From positions 1,183 through 65,182 of the forward strand of contig CAZQTD010000004.1 in the NCBI GenBank assembly GCA_964596355.1: DNA of 64,000 nucleotides, written 5' to 3'. Numbering within the stretch: position 1 is the first letter of the stretch; each line of letters begins with the position of its first letter. Made by a program: the position numbers and the translations under genes. Shown here in pieces: positions 58,785 to 64,000 of the stretch. The DNA is from an uncultured Gammaproteobacteria bacterium. GTDB taxonomy: Bacteria > Patescibacteriota > Microgenomatia > UBA10105 > UBA927. Below the pieces are notes generated by a model. The model searched no databases, was not told the DNA's origin, and was given only the letters and a program-made list of their open reading frames with translations.

Positions 58785-59744
58785 TCACGTCACCTTGGGA
58801 TAGACAAGCTTCTCGTTTCGGATGATGAAGGAAATTCCGGCGAAATTACCCTTAAGATACGCAAGCATCCAGTGCGCTTTTTGCAGGATAGAAACATTCC
58901 CCCGATACCATATCGCCTTATACCAATAAAACAGCATAAATACCCAAATCCAGATGAGAACAATCCCGAGCAATTGGATCTTTGTTGAATACAACGAATG
59001 AAAGATGATTCTGTTTCTTGCAAATACGTACGGCAGTCTGGCATCGTTCATAAAATGATCCATATAATCACCGGTGTCATGGTAGATAATCGCGTCTCTC
59101 ACTACCTTAACCGTATACCCTGCCTTTCTAATCCGATAAGCTAGGTCACTTTCTTCATACATGATGCCGAATTTTTCGCAAAACGATATCCCATGCGTCT
59201 TTATAACGCTTGCTCGCACCATGAAGGCGTTTGGCACATCCGGAGTTTCCCAATACTCATCATTCGCATACATTTGAAGATTATTCGGCAAATATGTCTT
59301 TGTCGTCCACATGTTTCTGATAGTCTGGATCCAAAATACCGTTTTCCTATCACGGAAACTTTTGTTGACGAGTCCTAATTCCCCTATTCCATCATCGCTC
59401 TCAAAGATACGAACCAAGTGCGCAATCGCATGGGCATCCAACACATTATCATCATCAACATAAAAAAGATATGCTCCTCTCGCTACTCTCGTACCAACGT
59501 TTCTGGCACCGGCTGCAAACAGATTTCTTTTATTTCTCACCACGCGCAACCGTCGGTAGCTGGCAAACGTCTTTTTAATCGCTTGATACGTGTTATCTGT
59601 CGACGCATCGTCAACGACAATTACTTCAATATGCTTGTATGTACTTTTCATAATGCTCTTTAGCAAACGTATCACCATTGTTTTGCGGTTATGTGTTGGA
59701 ATAATTATAGAAACCAGCGGTAATGTGGTATTGTCAGTTTTCAT
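58785..59744 (-). CDS. GT2 glycosyltransferase with C-terminal membrane anchor (polyprenyl-phosphate sugar synthase, GtrB/CsbB-like candidate)
   Basis: 319 aa. LPLVSIIIPTHNRKTMV and VIVVDDASTDNT. C-terminal hydrophobic LGIVLIWIWVFMLFYWYKAIW. Confidence 0.75.
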   Translation of the reverse strand: MKTDNTTLPLVSIIIPTHNRKTMVIRLLKSIMKSTYKHIEVIVVDDASTDNTYQAIKKTFASYRRLRVVRNKRNLFAAGARNVGTRVARGAYLFYVDDDNVLDAHAIAHLVRIFESDDGIGELGLVNKSFRDRKTVFWIQTIRNMWTTKTYLPNNLQMYANDEYWETPDVPNAFMVRASVIKTHGISFCEKFGIMYEESDLAYRIRKAGYTVKVVRDAIIYHDTGDYMDHFMNDARLPYVFARNRIIFHSLYSTKIQLLGIVLIWIWVFMLFYWYKAIWYRGNVSILQKAHWMLAYLKGNFAGISFIIRNEKLVYPKVT

Positions 59745-59825
59745 GACGCTTTATCGTGGTTTTGTATCCTCATATCCATTATCTACTCTCTCAATCGTCA
59801 GCATGCGTACGGTTGTAACATAGCG

Positions 59826-62708
59826 TTACCCGGTGACCCTCTTTCGCACACTCCCTGTATACCACACGGCAGCGACGATGAGGCTCGTTATTGATAACAT
59901 ATTGCCATATGTGCCATTTGTCTGCGTCGTATACCGTATCTCAAAGGCACCGCGGGTATTGCGTGGCACAAGCCAGCCGTTCGCAAACCCATTCGCTTCA
60001 TAATGATCAGTAATAATATGACGCTTCCCATTTGTCGATGTAAACGACAATTGCCAGCGAGGATCATACCGCTGATTAAGCACAATCGCCGATGGATCAG
60101 AAATCGAACGCACGATATTTCCCTCATACCGAGTGGGGGAAATCCTTACAAAGGATAACGGCACCATTCCACCTTCTGGTGCGTATTCATTTCTAAGAAA
60201 TATGTAGGGAGCCACCATTTGTCCATTGCGCGCAAGCTCAATCGTGTGAAACCCTTCTTCAAGCGTCACAATATGCAATGGTGCCAACACACCATCGACA
60301 ATAATTCGATCAAGCGGATTAGATCCAATAATCCGATAACGATCCGATTGAGGAATGGTAACGATATACCGAAACGATGAATCGTCCGACATATAGATAT
60401 TCTTCATCACCTCATTCTTCAAGGGACGAATAATCGACGAAACATCGTGGAATATAACAGTTCCTGCTGTTAATCGTTCGATAGCCGCTATATACGCGTA
60501 TAATCGATTCGCATAGATAACCTGCATCCGTCCAGACAGTTTGCGGTAGAGTTCATTCATCTGTTCTAAAACGACTGACATGTTGCTCATCTGCTCCTTA
60601 TTGCCCGAATGAACTGCCAACGATATGATGGACACGACATTCGATAATTTCTCATCGATCAGCTCGCCATACGATTGTTCATGCTTCTTCATACGAGCAA
60701 AACGCCTGCCAAGATGTTTGACGAATGTCTTGCGTTGATCATCGACCGGCGGTAAATAGATGCTTGAAACTAATGTATTAAATTCATCCGGATTGCACAT
60801 CATGCATTCAGCGCCTATCGCTGTGGGCAGTCGAGCATCTGCTGGCGACTCGACTCTAATTGTTGCTGTGTCGCTCGCACATATGACATCTCCCCTCGCC
60901 GATCCGGTCACCTGTATGGGATTGCGGACAATCGAAATCATCGGCCGTATCGAAGCAGTATTACGGTATAGTTTCCACGGACCCGACTGGGAAACAAGAC
61001 TCATTCCTTCCATGGATGCAAGGGTTTGTTCATACTCGACAAGGGAATGACGTTTTCCCATAGCTTCGGACAATGCGACATCACCCCGCCAGAGTACGTG
61101 TGTGACGCCAGCCAATGACGCAAGCTCATGGAACCCTTCCATATCACGATCATACAAATGCTGATAAAGAAGTGCTGTTATGGCATCGTCATTGGCGTCT
61201 CCGGCGAGAAATGACCGATTCGTCATAATTCTCGGCAATATATCCGCACTATAAAACCCCCATGTGTAGGCATCCATAGGCAAGGTAATAAATCCGGGAT
61301 CAAGGTCCGGGAACACCAAGATCCTGTCATCCATCGTTGTCTTTTTCTCTATTGCGTGTTTCATCTGATTAACATACCGAGGAATTGCTACACGCGTTCG
61401 AAATAAACCGCTTATAGTAAAGCTCTCCGATGAAAAAAACGGGTAATGGTATGCCAAAATGCCACTGATGCACATGCTCCAGACGATCGTTCTTATGTAT
61501 TTCTTCTTAACATACGTATGGATAAACAGCGCCATAAAGTAGCCGAAAAGCACCGTAACAGAAAACCAAACGGTTGGAGCGAATTTATAAAAACTGGACC
61601 GAAATATCGCAAATCCAGGCATGTGGCGCATGAGCAGAAGGTATATGACTCCTGTCGGTGGATGAGATCCCGCGGTAAAAAAAATCCCAACAGCAAGTAG
61701 CGCAGTAAGAAATAGGAGTATGAAGCGACGCGACGAGTCTATTCCAAACCGTATAACCCCCAACGCACTGACACCAGCAGGTATAAGGCTTGCCAGAACA
61801 AGAACAATGTTTGACTCATAGACGCCAGCGTAAGGATGCGATGGATTTCCATGCCAATCAGGAAACCCCTGCAGCCGTATGATATTCAGAAATGATGCAT
61901 TGCGGCTAAAAGCTTTTTCCCATTCGATAAGTCCGCCTATTCCTCCCTGCGCAGCTACAGATGATCCAAACGATGCGTGTGCATACGCAATAAGCGGTAC
62001 AATCCAATAGGCATTAAAAAGAAGAAATGACACAGCAAACAACGCATATGAACCAAGAAGCCGAACTGTTCCTGCCAGTCCCCGTTGGCGGAATACGAAG
62101 GCAGAAAACATGATTACGGCAAGTCCAATGGCTATAATCGTTGCGCCATACAGGGGGATGGATCCACCACCGTTCCATACTGCATAAAGAAGTCCAAACG
62201 CTATCGCTGTCCTCACCGGTTGTGCGGCATGAAACGCCTGCCGATACATAAGGAGAATTGCGATCGGAAGCGCGGCATAGAGCGAAAATTTTGCGCGCTC
62301 GGCATTGAGCCATCCGTTGAGAATAAAAAAATTATACATATAATATATCGAGGAAAAAATTCTAAAAAACCGAAAATGAGATTCAGGAAACATATTCCGA
62401 AGAAATATATACATTGACAGGCCTATCAGCATAAACCATCCAACAAACACCGTCGTTTGCGCCACAGGAAGTGAACCGGTAACCTGCGACACGATGGCCT
62501 CCGGAAGCTGTAGGACTGCAAACGCACGGTAGATGGTCCAGTCAATGCCGTAATTGACCGTAGGGTTCCAGCTATGAAGAAGGCTTGTGATGTGCGCTAT
62601 GCCATTTAAGCGGAATCCGGAATCATACCCGACAATCGAATACCCGCCGATGAGCCACACGATCGGAACAAGGGAGAGAAAAAACAGAAATATGATGTCT
62701 ATTATCAT
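59826..62708 (-). CDS. giant polytopic membrane protein with about 500-aa extracytoplasmic domain and C-terminal anchor (YfhO/AftD-like GT-C candidate)
   Basis: 960 aa. About 13 N-terminal TM, motif MPGFAIFRSSFYKF, a large soluble domain ending HYEANGFANGWLVP, and a terminal TM (MLSITSLIVAAVWY). Confidence 0.55.
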   Translation of the reverse strand: MIIDIIFLFFLSLVPIVWLIGGYSIVGYDSGFRLNGIAHITSLLHSWNPTVNYGIDWTIYRAFAVLQLPEAIVSQVTGSLPVAQTTVFVGWFMLIGLSMYIFLRNMFPESHFRFFRIFSSIYYMYNFFILNGWLNAERAKFSLYAALPIAILLMYRQAFHAAQPVRTAIAFGLLYAVWNGGGSIPLYGATIIAIGLAVIMFSAFVFRQRGLAGTVRLLGSYALFAVSFLLFNAYWIVPLIAYAHASFGSSVAAQGGIGGLIEWEKAFSRNASFLNIIRLQGFPDWHGNPSHPYAGVYESNIVLVLASLIPAGVSALGVIRFGIDSSRRFILLFLTALLAVGIFFTAGSHPPTGVIYLLLMRHMPGFAIFRSSFYKFAPTVWFSVTVLFGYFMALFIHTYVKKKYIRTIVWSMCISGILAYHYPFFSSESFTISGLFRTRVAIPRYVNQMKHAIEKKTTMDDRILVFPDLDPGFITLPMDAYTWGFYSADILPRIMTNRSFLAGDANDDAITALLYQHLYDRDMEGFHELASLAGVTHVLWRGDVALSEAMGKRHSLVEYEQTLASMEGMSLVSQSGPWKLYRNTASIRPMISIVRNPIQVTGSARGDVICASDTATIRVESPADARLPTAIGAECMMCNPDEFNTLVSSIYLPPVDDQRKTFVKHLGRRFARMKKHEQSYGELIDEKLSNVVSIISLAVHSGNKEQMSNMSVVLEQMNELYRKLSGRMQVIYANRLYAYIAAIERLTAGTVIFHDVSSIIRPLKNEVMKNIYMSDDSSFRYIVTIPQSDRYRIIGSNPLDRIIVDGVLAPLHIVTLEEGFHTIELARNGQMVAPYIFLRNEYAPEGGMVPLSFVRISPTRYEGNIVRSISDPSAIVLNQRYDPRWQLSFTSTNGKRHIITDHYEANGFANGWLVPRNTRGAFEIRYTTQTNGTYGNMLSITSLIVAAVWYTGSVRKRVTG

Positions 62709-63043
62709 TTAGGAAACCTCTGTGCGCGCCAAACTTCCCTGCCGTACTGTACAAGACCAAAAACGAAAAAAAGATAAAACCATTCTGCGAAGCGTTCAGT
62801 CGTCCGCGATGGTCCTGTGGGTATATATGATAACCCTGTATAGAGAAGAAATAACAGAGAAAGGATAAAAGATGTTCTACTTGAAGATAATTGAATAAGA
62901 GTAACAATGCCATATAAAAAAAATGCAATAAAAAAGGGTAAATCTGAATACCTAAATACCTCGGCTAAATCGGCAAATACCACAATGGCTATTAGAAAAA
63001 GCGTGAATAAAGAAAGGAGGATGAGTGGTTTACTTTTCTTCAT
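62705..63043 (-). CDS. small 3-4 TM membrane protein (candidate GtrA-like lipid-linked sugar flippase, unverified)
   Basis: 112 aa with four hydrophobic segments. Overlaps both flanking genes by a few nt, consistent with translational coupling. Confidence 0.4.
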   Translation of the reverse strand: MKKSKPLILLSLFTLFLIAIVVFADLAEVFRYSDLPFFIAFFLYGIVTLIQLSSSRTSFILSLLFLLYTGLSYIPTGPSRTTERFAEWFYLFFVFGLVQYGREVWRAQRFPK

Positions 63044-64000
63044 GGCGTTTGTTTGTTACAATGCGCACACCGCGTACGACAACAAATAAAAATACGGCGC
63101 CAGAAATTACTATTCCAATATACAGATAGTTTTGGCTTTTCAAATATATAGTTCCATGCACTACGTCTGCTTGAATTCCCTCGGGATCAATAATCCATCC
63201 ATTCGCGTATCCGTTTACCAAAATGTGGTTTATGGTTACTCCTTGCCATGCCGGCTCAAGAGAAAAATCCCATGTTGAATGAAAATCATTTGACAGAATG
63301 AGAAGAAATGGCGTCTTTCTTCCTCTCATATCGATATCCACCTCAAAGCGTACCGGAGATCTTTTTCTATATGATAGAGATGGACTTTCTGAATCGTTTC
63401 CGTCGCAAGTCAAATAGTCACATGCAGCATCGTCAACGTAGGCAGATCGGTAAGAATCTTTCAGTGCTTCTTGCTGATCAGAATATATGCTGTCGGGAAT
63501 GTATATATGTGGACGAACCACAGCATCTTCAAATTCATATATCTCGTAAAATCCTTGTGCATATATCTTCTTCACCGGCAGTAAAGCCAAAAACTTCTCA
63601 TAAGAATTCTGATCTTTAATAATTGGAAGCTGTTCCTTAGACGAATAGGTCATGCCCGGATATACGTACGGATAACCAGGAAAATCATCTATAATGCGCG
63701 AATCTGAATTGCGGAATATATACCGAACGTTAAGAAGCGAAAGAAGCTGGACAAAACGATCGATATCCTCTCTGCGAAGGACATCGAATATAAGCCGTTC
63801 ATACGGACCGAATGTCCAAAAACCGGTAAAATCAGGTTTTCCGGCCACTAAAGAAACCGTCGATATGCCAACAAACGCACCTCCCTGCTTACCATATGCT
63901 ATTTGAAAATATGGAAACGTAAGCGGCAAGGTAAGTACTTTTCCGTCCTGAGGCAGATTTTTGAGGTACGATAAAGACGTGATGAGATCAGGATCTATCT
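63030..64000 (-). CDS. C-terminal part of a further large membrane glycosyl-transfer-like protein (5' end outside window)
   Basis: The frame stays open to the window edge; the apparent start at 63929 is a TTG. The C-terminus ILVNGYANGWIIDP plus terminal TM is homologous to the C-terminus of the 960-aa protein. Confidence 0.5.
   Translation of the reverse strand, partial: IDPDLITSLSYLKNLPQDGKVLTLPLTFPYFQIAYGKQGGAFVGISTVSLVAGKPDFTGFWTFGPYERLIFDVLRREDIDRFVQLLSLLNVRYIFRNSDSRIIDDFPGYPYVYPGMTYSSKEQLPIIKDQNSYEKFLALLPVKKIYAQGFYEIYEFEDAVVRPHIYIPDSIYSDQQEALKDSYRSAYVDDAACDYLTCDGNDSESPSLSYRKRSPVRFEVDIDMRGRKTPFLLILSNDFHSTWDFSLEPAWQGVTINHILVNGYANGWIIDPEGIQADVVHGTIYLKSQNYLYIGIVISGAVFLFVVVRGVRIVTNKRHEEK

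Noticed and set aside
1-64000. Search for CRISPR arrays, transposase, integrase or phage genes, rRNA genes and toxin-antitoxin pairs.
   Set aside because: No direct-repeat/spacer arrays, no DDE or tyrosine-recombinase motifs and no rRNA-like sequence were seen. The window appears to be stable chromosomal core plus a glycan island with no mobile-element boundaries.

Overview
This is a 64 kb bacterial chromosomal window that is very gene-dense (about 60 CDS, overlaps common, intergenic gaps mostly under 50 bp). Every CDS I can support lies on the minus strand; the only plus-strand gene is a tRNA-Val(GAC). Gene content points to a small-genome, Gram-positive-like or CPR-like organism (eukaryote-type IleRS, single-chain dimeric GlyRS, FemAB, DUF4012, murA/murB inside the dcw cluster), but the taxonomy cannot be fixed from sequence alone.

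The window has three parts.

(1) 0.3-10 kb, housekeeping: lepB, tRNA-Val, an orphan parB, rpmA, a THUMP-type RNA methyltransferase wedged between rplU and rpmA, a second SEDS protein, ileS, a DUF2079 membrane protein and a DUF2934 mini-protein.

(2) 10-34.6 kb, an expanded division and cell wall (dcw) cluster. On the minus strand the order is mraZ-rsmH-ftsL-ftsI-murE-pgeF-murC-murB-murA-(GlmU-like)-(alpha/beta hydrolase)-murF-(DegT aminotransferase)-(MBL hydrolase)-(FemAB)-dgkA-mraY-murI-murD-ftsW-murG-ftsQ-ftsA-ftsZ. It ends in a clear intrinsic terminator. Upstream of mraZ there is a textbook MraZ operator, three TGGGN-like pentamers at 10-bp spacing, and further upstream a perfect 16-bp palindrome.

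(3) 37.2 kb to the window edge, a large cell-surface glycan assembly island: DUF4012; a small phosphoglycosyl transferase; a ManC-like nucleotidyltransferase; four GT4 genes plus a truncated GT4 N-domain; three GT2 genes; a hexapeptide acetyltransferase; GalE; UDP-xylose synthase; and at least six large polytopic GT-C-like membrane proteins. One of these is a 1003-aa O-antigen-ligase (Wzy_C)-like fusion. Two (possibly three) are paralogs sharing a PGFxxFR motif and a C-terminal NG[FY]ANGW motif followed by a membrane anchor.

The glycan island is the most likely candidate for an undescribed system. No CRISPR arrays, transposases, integrases or rRNA genes were seen. Functional calls are based on motifs read from the translations by eye; no database search was possible.
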